Source: Octopus vulgaris (taxonomy: Eukaryota). From it: a stretch of 64,000 nt of DNA. The stretch spans positions 13,578,001-13,642,000 of the forward strand of contig OX597821.1 in assembly GCA_951406725.2 (NCBI GenBank), given 5' to 3'. Shown here piece after piece: positions 13,506-28,874 of this stretch. Position 1 is the first letter of the stretch; every line of letters starts with the position of its first letter. Both the position numbers and the translations under genes were made by a program. The notes beneath the pieces are model-generated. The model saw only the letters and a program-made list of their open reading frames with translations. It was not told where the DNA came from and made no database searches.

Positions 13506-13554
13506 TAAAAATATCAATAATATATATATATGCATATATACATACATGTACATA

Positions 13555-13590
<36 letters not shown>

Positions 13591-13685
13591 GGTACATACA
13601 TAGGTACATACATACACAGGTACATACGTACATACATCCCTATATATATGTACATAGACGCATACATACATACGTACGTACATAC

Positions 13686-13795
13686 ATCAGTGGAACTGTT
13701 AAAATCTGTAAAACTTTCCAGAAGATTATCATTTAAATATATATAAGCATGTCTAGATATATAACTATATGCATGAGAATACATACAAATCTGTA
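13686..13795 (+). mobile_element. Extreme 3' end of an RLE non-LTR element embedded in (TACA)n
   Basis: Encodes [16 protein letters not shown], homologous to TVKTCKTFLK* near 11530. (TACA)n-type repeat lies on both sides. Confidence 0.65.
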
Positions 13796-13956
13796 CATAC
13801 ATACATACATGCATACATACATAATACATACACACACACATACATACACACATAAATACACACATACATACATACACACATACATACATACATGCATACA
13901 TACGTAATACATACACACACACATACATACACACATAAATACACACATACATACAT

Positions 13957-13987
<31 letters not shown>

Positions 13988-14555
13988 TACATACATACAT
14001 ACATACATACATACATACACACATACATACACACATATATACACACATATATACACACATAAATACATACATACATACATACATACATACATACATACAT
14101 ACATACATACATACATACATAACTACGAAGTTAATTTTGCCTCAATTCCAATCAGCGAGGCTTGTTTCTGGATTCAGAAACAGCGCCTTATCTCTGCAAG
14201 AGAAAATTGAAATCTGAAGCTAAAATATGAAACAATACATACATACATAAATATATACGCAAGCGCTTGCATACGTATATATATACATATATATACGTGC
14301 GACGTACATAAATACATACACGTAAATATAAAGGTTTGTAAATATACAAACATAATGTATCACATACATTTTCATACATAAATTCATATAAGATACGAAC
14401 ATAAACTCATTACATATATCATTTTAAGTACTTAGGAAAAATATATTATTAATATTGCGCATCTATTTCTCCTAATAAAACAATCGCTTTTTTATGAATA
14501 TACATTTCTGTGTGGGTGGCTGTGTATGTTTGTGTATGAATACATTTATATGTGT

Positions 14556-14613
<58 letters not shown>

Positions 14614-14663
14614 TCTCTCTACTTTCAGCTCAGAGCTGCGGCCATGCTGATGCACTGCCGTTT

Positions 14664-14716
<53 letters not shown>

Positions 14717-14781
14717 ATAGATAGATAGATAGATACATAGATAGATTAAGAGATATGTGTGTGTTGTGGGTATATATTATG

Positions 14782-14816
<35 letters not shown>

Positions 14817-14842
14817 GTATGTATATGTATGTATTATCTATT

Positions 14843-14886
<44 letters not shown>

Positions 14887-14954
14887 GTTACATATAATGT
14901 ATATGCGCGTATGTATGTGTGCGTGAGTGTGTATATATACATATATATATATGC

Positions 14955-15003
<49 letters not shown>

Positions 15004-15613
15004 TATATACGCACACACGCACACACATACACACACACACATGCGCGCTTATGTATTTCTGTAATTATATAGATTATGTTAACGTGCGTCCATGTTGTAT
15101 TCGATATGAATCTAATCTATTTCTCATTGAACAATTTGTATTTATACAAGAAAGCACATTTTTTTTTCAAGAAATAGTTTATCGCTATACAGTAATTCTG
15201 CTTGCTCACTGCATTATCAGCTCCATCTGTTGCTTAATTATACACCTATTTATTTCTATCCAATATTATTACTCAACGGCAACACCAGCAGTAAACGACG
15301 CAAACATTCGCAATTAGAATAACAGCAAAACGGACAAGAACTGCGACGATGGTGATGATGATGGGGAGGAAGGGGAGGAGGAGGAGTAGGAGGAGGATAA
15401 TGATGGTGATGATAATACTAAGAAGAAGAAGAAGAAAAAGAAGAAGACAGCATCTGTAGCTACAGTAATAATAATGATAATAATAATAATAATAATAATA
15501 ATAATAGTAATAATAATAATGGTGGTGGTGGTGGTGGCGGCAACGGCGGCGGTGATGGTAATGGTGGTGGTGGTAATGGTGATAATAGTAACGATGATGA
15601 TGATAATAATAGC

Positions 15614-16202
<589 letters not shown>

Positions 16203-16212
16203 AATAATGATA

Positions 16213-16312
<100 letters not shown>

Positions 16313-16316
16313 TAAT

Positions 16317-16666
16317 AAATGTGGCATCTCAAGGCGGTTACAATACCAGTGATCGTAGGAGCACTAGGAATGATCAAGAAGGGAACCGAAAATTATATGA
16401 GAATGATCCCTGGCTTACCATCCCTGCAAGAAGTGCAAAAGATTGTCTTAACTGGTACATCACACGTATTGAGAAGAGCATTGTCGATGTGAGAACTGTT
16501 GCTACTCATGTATTTTAATTTAACTTTAAAAAAAAAAAAAAAAAAATGAACGAACTACTGAGTTTGGTTTAATGGCCTACCAATATACACTATGAGTTTC
16601 TTTGCCCTAGGAGTCGGGAAGACACTCGGCAAGAAATGGAAGAAAATTTGAAAGAACAAAAAAAAG
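16317..16666 (+). mobile_element. Dong/R4-like non-LTR retrotransposon, family C, 5'-truncated
   Basis: 16319..16492 translates MWHLKAVTIPVIVGALGMIKKGTENYMRMIPGLPSLQEVQKIVLTGTSHVLRRALSM*, homologous to the C-termini ending at 17900 and 28120. (TAA)n on both sides. Confidence 0.88.
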
Positions 16667-16708
16667 TAATAATGATAATAAATAATAATAATAATAATGA
16701 TAATAATG

Positions 16709-16781
<73 letters not shown>

Positions 16782-16783
16782 TA

Positions 16784-16877
<94 letters not shown>

Positions 16878-16878
<1 letters not shown>

Positions 16879-18113
16879 TGCAACTGGCAATAACAATGAA
16901 GATTGCTACAATTGGCCTAGACACCTACCTGAAAAACTCTGAGGACTGGATGTTAAAACTTGTCTCAAAACATGAAAACAAGAAAGCATCATACTCAGTC
17001 ACAAAACAGGCAAAGGAATATCTAAGTGAATTCCGAATACAACCAATTTCGGAATTAGAGATAGATATACAAGAAACAAGCACAGAAAAAGCTAGGCGCA
17101 TGAAAACCCGTGCCAAAACTGCGGCCTTAGATATTCTGAATAATAAATGGCAAGAAAAACCTCTCTATGGCAAATACCCAAAGAGAGCGAATAATGCAGA
17201 TATCGACAAAGCCCTGACCCATCAATGGCTAATGGCCTCTGGTTTAAAATCTGAAACAGAGGGGTTTATCATAGCAGCTCAAGATCAATGCCTACCAACA
17301 AGAAACTACCAGGCCAACATAAGCAGTCCAACGTGTCGTGTATGCAAGCAACAAAATGAAACCATTGACCATGTGGTCTCCAAGTGCAGTCTTCTAGCGC
17401 CTACAGAGTATCTCAACAGGCACGATAGAGCTGCACAATATATTCACTGGGTAATCTGTAAAAACCTGGATTTGCCCCATGAAAAAAACTGGTGGGAACA
17501 CAAACCACCCCCAGTGCTTGAAAATGACCACATCTCACTCCTCTGGAACTTCACCATTCAAACTGACAGGAAGATAGATGCAAATAGGCCAGACATCATA
17601 TAGAAAGACTTCAAACAAAGAATATGCCTCCTCATTGATATGACTGTCCCAATCGATATAAACGTATCTGTCAAGATCTACCAAAAACTGAGCAAATATA
17701 AAGATCTTGAAATAGAAATCAGCAAAATGTGGAAGCTGAAGACTAAAACAATACCTGTTGTCATAGGTGCCCTGGGAATGATAGCAAAAGGGGCTGATAG
17801 CTACCTAACTCAGATACCAGGAAACCCAAAAATGGCAGAAGTTCAAAAGATAGTGCTCATGGGAACTGCTCATATCCTACGCAAAATACTCTCTATGTAA
17901 TCTCAAGGTTTAAAACAAACATAATTTTCGGTTTAAAAAAAAAAAAAAAAAAACCTTTTTTTTTTAGACATTCATTAGTACAACATCCCCACCCCCAAAT
18001 ATATGGCACACTAGGCATAACAACAACATGAACTTCCAACCCTGTTGTCTCTTGAGGTCTCTGGGTGAGACTTGGAGCCAACTTGTACAAATATAAAGCA
18101 AAAGTCAAACATA

Positions 18114-18115
<2 letters not shown>
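16878..18115 (+). mobile_element. Dong/R4-like non-LTR retrotransposon, family A, 5'-truncated (ORF remnant 16878..17900)
   Basis: Contains TEGFIIAAQDQ, the CCHC knuckle CRVCKQQNETIDHVVSKC, RHD and RLE motifs RPDII..ID..K..KY, with one in-frame TAG at 17601. (TAA)n on both sides, the known Dong target. Confidence 0.92.
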
Positions 18116-18174
<59 letters not shown>

Positions 18175-18694
18175 TAGCACTCTGTCGCTTACGACGACGA
18201 GGGTTTCAGCTGATACGATCAACGGAACTGCCTGCTGGTGACCGAGCACTCCATACGCACGCGTACCCTTAAAGTAGTTTTGAGTGAGATTTAATGTGAC
18301 ACAGACTATATGTTTAAGACTGGCCCTTGGAAATAGAGGTACTACTCATTTTTGCGAGCTGAGTGGACTGGAGCGACGGGAAATAACGTGTTTTGCTCAA
18401 GGATACAATACGCCGCTGGAAATTGAACTCACGACCTTACGATCATGAGCCAAGTATCCTAACCACTAAGCCACGCGCCTATAGTAGTAGTAGTAGTCCT
18501 TTCTATTATAGAAACAATGCCTGAAATTTGGCGGGGAGAAGAGTAACTATTTCATTGACTGGTAATTATTTCATTGAGCCTGAAAGGTTGAAAGGCAAAG
18601 TCGACATCGGTGGCAATTTGAACTCAGAACGTAAAGACAGACGAAATGTTGTCAAGCATTTTGGCCCAACGTGCAAATGATTCTGCCAGCTTAC

Positions 18695-18751
<57 letters not shown>

Positions 18752-18815
18752 CTAATAATAATAATAATAAGCCAAATAATAATAATAAAATAATAATAAT
18801 AATAATCAAATAATA

Positions 18816-18877
<62 letters not shown>

Positions 18878-19394
18878 GCACTCTGTCGCTTACGACGACG
18901 AGGGTTTCAGCTGATACGATCAACGGAACTGCCTGCTGGTGACCGAGCACTCCATACGCACGCGTACCCTTAAAGTAGTTTTGAGTGAGATTTAATGTGA
19001 CACAGACTATATGTTTAAGACTGGCCCTTGGAAATAGAGGTACTACTCATTTTTGCGAGCTGAGTGGACTGGAGCGACGGGAAATAACGTGTTTTGCTCA
19101 AGGATACAATACGCCGCTGGAAATTGAACTCACGACCTTACGATCATGAGCCAAGTATCCTAACCACTAAGCCACGCGCCTATAGTAGTAGTAGTAGTCC
19201 TTTCTATTATAGAAACAATGCCTGAAATTTGGCGGGGAGAAGAGTAACTATTTCATTGACTGGTAATTATTTCATTGAGCCTGAAAGGTTGAAAGGCAAA
19301 GTCGACATCGGTAAAATTTGAACTCAGAACGTAAAGACAGACGAAATGTTGTCAAGCATTTTGGCCCAACGTGCAAATGATTCTGCCAGCTTAC
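18175..19394. repeat. Near-identical tandem duplication (18175..18694 and 18876..19394), each unit a minus-strand SINE C (H2+T2) plus a minus-strand SINE B fragment
   Basis: The units differ visibly only at GGTGGCAATTTG vs GGTAAAATTTG and are separated by an irregular (TAA)n. Confidence 0.9.
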
Positions 19395-19480
<86 letters not shown>

Positions 19481-19514
19481 TAACAACAATAATAATAATA
19501 ATAATAATAATAGC

Positions 19515-19558
<44 letters not shown>

Positions 19559-19560
19559 TG

Positions 19561-19621
<61 letters not shown>

Positions 19622-19720
19622 CAATAATAATAATAATGATAATAATAATAATAATAATGATGATAATAATGATAATAATAATAATAATAATAATAATAAT
19701 CAACGTCGCCGCCGTCGTCG

Positions 19721-19783
<63 letters not shown>

Positions 19784-19854
19784 TATTATTATTATTATTA
19801 TATATTATTATATATATGTATATATATATTATATTATATATATATATATATTGC

Positions 19855-19889
<35 letters not shown>

Positions 19890-20458
19890 GTATATACATA
19901 CATATATACATGACTTATGCATGTATTGTACATCACTTCAACAACTGCAATGGTAATTAATTATAAAGAGCAATGATACAACAACTCGCTACTAACCAGT
20001 ACATTAAGAACACAATGGCCGCCATTGTAAAGAAACTTCTAAACTTACACACCAATCGATAAGGCATGTTTTTTTGTTGTAGTTTTTGTTTGTTTTTTTT
20101 GCTTCAAACTTTAAGGTAAACAACAGTAAAGCAATGGAAAATTCTCTTCCATTGCTACATATACACAGAGCATATATATATATATATTTATATATATTTA
20201 TTTAATGTATTTCAAGTCATTTTATTTCACATGTTTGAAAAATTCATTTATCTCTATTGTCTTTTCGACAACATTCAGACAGAACAAAATACAAAAAACA
20301 AGAAAAAAAAAACATTCATAAATAACACCAACGAAAATAAAAATGAAACTTTTCTCTATCTTTAAAATAAAAATAATGCAGGATGGAAATGATAACAAAT
20401 TGAAAATAAAAATAAATGCTTTCTGCGCATACGAAGAGGTAATCTGAATTGTATTAGA

Positions 20459-20634
<176 letters not shown>

Positions 20635-20731
20635 TATAGTATATTATATTATATTATATTATATCATATATATGTATATATATATATGTATATATATATG
20701 TATATATATATATATATATATATTGCTATTT

Positions 20732-20777
<46 letters not shown>

Positions 20778-21489
20778 CATATATACATGACTTATGCATG
20801 TATTGTACATCACTTCAAAAACTCTACATGTGTGTGTGTGTGTATGCTTTAAAGACCACAAAAATATATGAAAATAAAAATATGTAGCCTCTAGTTTAAA
20901 GTTACTAAATATATGACATGAACACACAGTTTTATAGTGTTATATTGAATGGATATAGGAAAATGGAAAATGGGTTTTAGTTATTAGCTATGTATATATA
21001 TAAGAATTACATTGATATTTATGCAAAACAGATATCCGCTGTAATTTTTCTGGAAAATAATCTCTTTTATACAAGGTTTTAACGCTACTTTAGTATTTTT
21101 GTATAACCAAGGCCGATTTCAAATAAAGCTTATTTCAATTTTGTTATTCAGTTTCCGTTTAATGTAACATTCACATACATACATACGGAGAGAGAAAGAG
21201 GGAGAGAGAAGAGAGAGAAACATTTATCATGGCATTTATATAATCTTGACATATCCATTTGTTTCTATACTATTCCAATCCTTTTATCGTTATTTTTCTT
21301 TAGTGAAGCAACTCTGTTGTATATCATAGCCATATATTTGAATGTCAAACGCTTCCCTTACTAACAGCCTTTCTATATACACTAACACGCTTCCTCTCTT
21401 CCTCGCTCACTTCTGAAACAACCTTGAACCTATCTGTTTCCTTGAGAAAACTCATTTCATCATATTCCTGATCAAGGATGACTTTCAAA

Positions 21490-21870
21490 GCTCAGAGCAG
21501 AATCGATTGAGATTCGTACAAAAAGCTTCTTCGCATTTCTTCCGGATTTCACATTCAAATTCTGCCGAAGTCGTCTTTGCCGTTCATCTTTTCTGGGTCG
21601 ATAGATTAAAGTACCAGTCAAGCACTGGGAGTTGTGTAATCGAGTAACCCTTCACTTTAAAACTGCTGGCCTTGTGTCGAAATTTGAAACGATTTAAGGC
21701 GGCGAGCCGGGACTAAGTGCATAGCGGCATTTCTTTCGACTCTTTAAATTTTGATTTTAAACAGTGCTGAGGTCGACTTTGCCATTCATCCTTTTGGAGT
21801 CGATAGAATAAGTTTCATTTGAATACTGGAAACGATATAGTCCTTGACATTTTCCCCTCAAAATTGCTCG
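21490..21870 (+). mobile_element. Two degenerate SINE family B copies
   Basis: GTCGTCTTTGCCGTTCATC and GAGGTCGACTTTGCCATTCATCC modules. Confidence 0.7.
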
Positions 21871-22590
21871 CTGTGAATGATGTAATTGATGAACACTCAC
21901 CCCGCAAAACTGCACGCTGCTTTTATGGTAACACGTAATATTTATTTGTCACTCAGTTTGTCTTTTCTCTTAGCTACGCACGTCTCCTTCTCTATCCCAC
22001 TTCACTCTTTGTTCCATTCACCTCTCTCTTTCTCTCTCTATTCCTCATTCTTTCTTTTTTTCTTTTTCCCTTCGTCTTCTTACATATTTAAAAACATATG
22101 TACGACCAAATGTACAAGTCTCTAATCTCATACATGGAACAAATAACCTCGAAGACAAGAGGCTCTATGGTTAGGGAATTAGGCGGTTGATCAATTCAAT
22201 ACTTGTCAGCGACTTAGTTCTTGGATCAGGCGATGCGTTGTGCTCTTCCGCTTCATTTCCCGCTCAGGTTCATTTCATATTGCTCCAGTCTACCTAGCCA
22301 CAATGAGTACCCACCGTAGCGTGTGTTGACGCACTTCCTTCTCTCCCTCCAGTTGTCACATCCTGGAAGTTTCTTTCCCTGGATCAAAAGTAAGGAGCCG
22401 AGAATGAGTCTCATGCTACCGAACTATACTTGTTTGCGGGTGACGACTTGCTGTAACTAAAGGTTATAAAACACTTTACTATTTGATGAGTGGATTTCCG
22501 TATGAATATACAAGAGCAAACACTGTACCAACAAAAGAAAAAAATAAAACAGAAAAATATACTACCTTTATATAATCAACAATAGTACTG

Positions 22591-22912
22591 GCACTCCGTC
22601 GCTTACGACGACGAAGGTTCCAGGTGATCCAATCAACGGAACAGCCGGCTTGATAAATTACCGTGCAAGTGATTGAGCACTCCACAAACACGTGTACTCT
22701 TAACGTAGTTCTTGTGAATATTCAGCGTGACACAGAATGTGACAAAGCTGGCTCTTTGAAATACAGATACTACTCATTTCTACCAGCTGAGCGGACTGGA
22801 GCAACAGGAAATAGAGTATCTTGCTCAAGGACGCTACGCGTCGCCGGGAATTGAACTCCCGAACTTACGATCGTGAACCAAATACCCTATCCACTAAGCC
22901 ACACGCCTTCAC
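22591..22912 (-). mobile_element. SINE family C (H2 + T2)
   Basis: Tail GCACTCCGTCGCTTACGACGACG.. joined to head H2. Confidence 0.85.
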
Positions 22913-24313
22913 AATGAACAGTGTACATATATTGGTAATAAAGGTAGTTTAACCCCACGTATACAATCGAATATTCATTGACTACTTTAGAACTCCCCGT
23001 GATTTCCAGTTCGAATTCAGCCAGCTCAACCATGCAACACCATTAGAACTAGAGCCATAAATTTCTAGTTGAAGTGATATTGATATTTGGCTGATAGAAG
23101 TGCTATCGATCAACAGATTTCTCTTTCTTTTTTTAATTCTTTTTGTTATGATAAGTGGCTACCGAAGTGAGCGCTATCGTGTTATCATAGATTAGATATC
23201 ATACACTTAACTTTATTATATATTTGAGACAGGATTAAACGCCAGAAATAAAGCGGCAAACATCAAATACATAAGATATATCGACAGTAATATATTTAAT
23301 GTTATCAATAGGAAAATGAATAGATAAATCAATCTGGAAAAAAAAAAAGAAAATAAATAGCTAACAGAAGTAAAACAAATGATTATATAGAGAACACATA
23401 CAACAATCCATTGTGAATTTTATAGAAACATCACCTAACAATGTTTAACAACAGGTATTCGTTTCCAGGAATCAATTAAATTTGAAAAATTACCATAGAG
23501 TCATATCAAAATAAGTCTTTTAAAATGATGATTTCATATATTGTAACAGTTGTAACATTGTAAACAAGACTTATTGCAAGAGCCAGAGAATGGGAAGAGT
23601 CATTAGCACAGAAAGCTTCGCAATATTGGTTCCGATTCACTGTGATCAGTATTCAAAACCAACTGATGTCATCTATTCCTTTTCCATCTTTTCGCGGTAC
23701 ATAAAAATATATAACCACGCACGCAAGCAATCATATTCCGTTGTAGAATTCACGTATGCTTTGTAGAATGTGAGCAGTTGTTAAGAGCTGATATGTTTTC
23801 GGCATCCACTCTGTATATATGCATGCCAAAGGTCTTCACACATTAATACATGATCTTTCTTACTCGTAGAAACTAATCATATTCACGTTGTTAATCACAG
23901 CAGAATTTTTTCGTGCTCCAGCTTGGCCGCAGTCTAGTGATTGAAACAAGTAAAAAAAAATAATAAAAGGACTGTGATTTTTAAGAGATGAGAAATGGAA
24001 AATTGTGAATTTTTTATGAGATTAAAAAATGGCATGTTTTGGTGTATTAACCTTATCTTTAGCGAGGGAAGGTTCTTCCATACTTTCATCTACACCAAGT
24101 TTTCATCGACTTGGTCTCCGATCATCATTATCATCATCATCATCATCATCATCTTCATCATCATCATCATCGTCATTATCATCATCATAGACCATCATCG
24201 CTATGTTCATCATTATCATCATCATCATCATCATCATCACCACCACCACCACCACCATTATCACTATCGTTGTCATCGTCATCGCCGTCATCATCATCAT
24301 TAGCACCACCGTT

Positions 24314-24353
<40 letters not shown>

Positions 24354-24784
24354 CGAAAAATCTGTTACTAACTAAAACGTGTCTCTGACATTTAGGCATC
24401 CATGTCTTTGAGGCGAGCCACTGTTGGTGATGCTATGGAAATGAAAGAATTCCAAACATAAATCAAAACCCCAGTCGCCCGCCGATTGGGAGCCCTTCAA
24501 ACCAACTTCCATTCAGCGACAGGATAGCAACACAGGTTATATAAATCAAATTACAATACTAGGTGAGATACATACGTATTTCTCGCAAAAGAAATAAAGC
24601 TGCAGGTGAGGAACACATTTCCATACAAATACATACATACACACATACATACATGTTAGTTAGTTAGTTAGTTAATTTGGCTCAAAAGCAAATAGCAAGG
24701 CCATGTAGGGGGATATGGAGTTTGGTACAGGGTGGTGTTCATGTAAAGAGTTCAGGCCACTTGAGGTCAAGGGAGGCTTTGAAC

Positions 24785-24841
24785 ATACATACATACATGC
24801 ATTTATACATACATACATACATACATACATACATACATACA

Positions 24842-24875
<34 letters not shown>

Positions 24876-26054
24876 CATACATACATACATACATACATAC
24901 ATACATGCATGCATACATGCATGCATACATGCATGCATACATGCATTCATACATACATACATGCATACATGCATACATGCATACATACATACATACATGC
25001 ATACATACATACATACATACATACACACATACATACATGCATGCATGCATGCATGCATACATGCATACATACATACATACATATATATATACATACATAC
25101 ATACATACATACATACATACATACATACATACATAACATACATACATACATACATGCATACATACATACATACATACATGCATACATACATATATACATA
25201 CATACATACATACATACATACATACATGCATACATACATACATACATACATGCATACATACATACATGCATACATACATACATACATACATGCATGCAAA
25301 CATACATACATACATGCATACATACATACATGCATACATACATACATACATATATATATGCATGCATACATACATATATACATGCATACATACATACATA
25401 CATACATATATACATACATACATACATACATACATGCATGCATACATACATACATACATGCATACATACATACATATATACATGCATACATGCATACATA
25501 CATATATACATACATACATACATGCATACATACATACATACATATATACATGCATACATACATATATACATACATGCATGCATACATACATGCATACATG
25601 CATACATACATACATACATACATACAAACATACATACATACATGCGTACATACATACATACATACAGACATGTATACATGCATACATACATACATACATG
25701 CATACATACATACATACATGCATACATACATACATGCATACATGCATACATGTATACATACATTCATACATACATGCATACATACATACATACATGCATA
25801 CATACATACATGCATACATGCATGCATACATACATGCATACATACATACATACATGCATACATGCATACATACATACATACATGCATACATACATACATA
25901 CATACATACATGCATACATGCATACATACATACATACATGCATACATGCATACATACATACATGCATGCATACATACATACATACATGCATACATGAATG
26001 CATACATACATACATACATACATACATACATACATGCATGCATACATACATACA

Positions 26055-26088
<34 letters not shown>

Positions 26089-26098
26089 CATACATACG
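24785..26098. repeat. ~1.3-kb (CATA)n array interspersed with CATG units
   Basis: Read directly; source of the spurious 400+ aa ORFs. Confidence 0.95.
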
Positions 26099-26695
26099 TA
26101 CTACGTAAGTGAGTGTGTGTGTGTGTGTGTGTGAGCTATACGTAAATAAATCCATGTACACGGGACATTAATGAGATACGGTGAAATGGAAAACATTCTG
26201 TGATGATAGGTGAAACGTCTGAAGAAAGATGGTGGTGGTGGTGGTGGTGGTGGTGATGATGATGATGATGATGATGATGATGTAGTGGTGGTGGTGGCAA
26301 CAGGAGCGGCGACGGCAGCATTGATGGCGGCGGCGACGACGGCGGCAGTGATTGTGGTCGTCGACGTCGTCGTAGTCGTGGTGGTGGTGGTGGCGGCGGC
26401 GGCGGCGGTGGTGGTGGTGGTGGTGGTGGTGGTGGTAGTGGTGGTGGTGGTGGTTTTATTGTTGATGGCGATGACGATGATGATGATAATAATGATGATA
26501 GGGATGGTGATAACGGAGGTTGAGGTGTTTGTAGTAGTGACGAAGACGATTACTAGAATGAAGGTGACGAGCACGTGAGCACGAGGATGGAGGACGTAGC
26601 GACGGTCGTAAAGATCAGAAAGATGAGAGGAGGAGGAGCACGAACAGGAGGCAGAGGAGGCAAGGAGAAGGAAGGAATGCATTGCTCTCTCACTC

Positions 26696-26751
<56 letters not shown>

Positions 26752-26753
26752 TA

Positions 26754-26830
<77 letters not shown>

Positions 26831-26836
<6 letters not shown>

Positions 26837-28275
26837 ATAAGAAAGGAATACTATAGGAGAATAAGGCTTGTACTGAAGACTGAACTCAACTCCAAAAATT
26901 GCATTGAGGCCATTAACACCCTGGCACTTCCAGTAGTCCAGTACAGTTTTAATATCATTAACTGGAACCTTACGGAACTCCAACGCTTAGACAGGAAGAC
27001 AAGAAAGTTACTGACATCCAAGAGCATGCACCACCCTAAGGCAGATGTAGACCGCTTGTACCTACCTAGAAGCAGCGGGGGGAGAGTAATGATGCAATTA
27101 GAGCTGTGCTATAAGACCTCTACTGTAGGAATGAACAGGTACCTATCTAGTACAAAGGACTGGATGCTGCGACTTGTGCGCGAACACGAAAGCAACAAAA
27201 AGCTGCATTCTATTGTCAAGGAAGCTTATAAGTTCGAAAGGGAACTAGACATTAACCTTGAATCAGATGAAGAGCCGGAAACCACTGCTACCAAGCAAGC
27301 AAAGCGAATCAAGCAGACTGCAAAAAAGAACGGGCAGAATCAAATTGAGAGGCGGTGGAGCCAGAAGCCCCTGCATGGACAATATATTCTCCGAAGCCAA
27401 AATGCTGATGTAGACCAAGCAACAACCCATCAGTGGCTGAAGAGCTCTGGATTGAAAGCAGAGACTGAAGGTTTCATAATGGCAGCACAAGATCAAAGCT
27501 TGTTTACCAGAAATTACCAGGCTAACGTTCTCCGAAACGGTACTGACCCTAAATGCTGATTCTGTGGCACATTTGACGAAACGATAGACCATCTCGTTTC
27601 GGGATGTCCTGTGCTGACACCAAACGAATACAAAAATCGCCACGATAGGGTAGGACAGTATATACATTGGAAGATATGTAAACACTACAAATCCGACACT
27701 CCTGCTAACTTGTATGAACACCATCCTCAGCCAGTTGTTGAAGGTAAAGATGTCACCATCCTCTGGGATTTTCCAGTCAACACTGACAGAACGATCAAGG
27801 CTAATCGACCAGACATAATTGTTAAAGACAGGGAAGAAAATACCTGCAGACTAATAGAAGTAAGCGTCCCCACTGATAAAAATGTATCTGTCAAGGAATT
27901 TGACAAACTTAGTAAATATAAGGACCTGGAAATCGAAATACAGAGGATGTGGAATCTTAAAACAAAAACTGTTCCTGTTATTGTAGGTGCCCTAGGTATG
28001 ATAAAAAAGGGATGTCAGAAACACCTAGACAATATCCCTGGAAAACCATGTCTCAAGGAAATCCAAAAGATTGTGCTAACAAGTACTGCCCACATCCTTA
28101 GAAAAACCCTATCAATGTAAATGTCTGTGTTTGCATTACATGGAGATATATCTCTACTTCCCCTCCCCAAGCTTTCAGCTATATTTCAACAACTCTTAAC
28201 CTTCACTTGCCCTAGGGCGCTGGGTGTGCCCCGGCAGGTGATTGCATCAAACATGCAGATTAAAAGTAAATGACA
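26831..28275 (+). mobile_element. Dong/R4-like non-LTR retrotransposon, family B, 5'-truncated (ORF remnant 26831..28120)
   Basis: One frame from the RT thumb region (EYYRRIRLVLKTELNSKN..RLYLPRSSGGR) through TEGFIMAAQDQ, CCHC (C*FC..ETIDHLVSGC), RHD and RLE (RPDII..E..K..KY). Single TGA at 27557, probably CpG decay of CGA. (TAA)n on both sides. Confidence 0.93.
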
Positions 28276-28316
28276 ATGATAATAATAATAATAATAATAA
28301 TAACAATTATAATAAT

Positions 28317-28874
28317 AAATGCCCTGATGCAGTACCAGTCAGTGGCTCTCATGGCTTCTGATCTTAACTGATTGGAAGTGTTATCATGTACATTGTTTTG
28401 TCTTGGTATAAAAGATGGGCTACAGCAAATATTCTGCTCAATACCACAGATTTGCTTGTCAGTTGTTTGACCTTAACCAGTTAAGCATGTCCCTTAGTGG
28501 CTGACGATATGTACATCTCTGATCACGAGCAGAAGTAGTGGGGGAGCATCATAGCCATGTGTTGAGAAGGGTTCTTTGGGTTTGAATAATTCACCTCTGG
28601 AAACATGGGTGTTTCATTCAACATCCTTAAACAACCCTTATTCAGGGACCGTTTGAGCGGAATTGGTTACTCGACCAGAATAAAAATTCCAACTGGGCCC
28701 GACCTGCAAGGTCATGGGCTGTTTATCTTGATATGAGATCACTATGTCGCGCACATATGGTTGTGATGCATGTGCCTAGTGTACCCTTATCAGACGGATA
28801 GTCATGATGGGTATACTGGGCTTCGTATATTTTACCCCTGTGTCACTTTGATGACATGCACTGCTCTCTCACTC
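28317..28874 (+). mobile_element. Full-length ~557-bp non-coding (TAA)n-targeted element
   Basis: Same ends (AAATGCCCTGATGCAG...CTCACTC) as the inverted copy at 41842..42399; (TAA)n on both sides. Confidence 0.9.

Noticed and set aside
24672-26161. ORFs of 360-485 aa (also 38927..40378)
   Set aside because: These are translations of (CATA/CATG)n (YIHT/MYVC repeats), open in several frames on both strands only because the repeat lacks stops.
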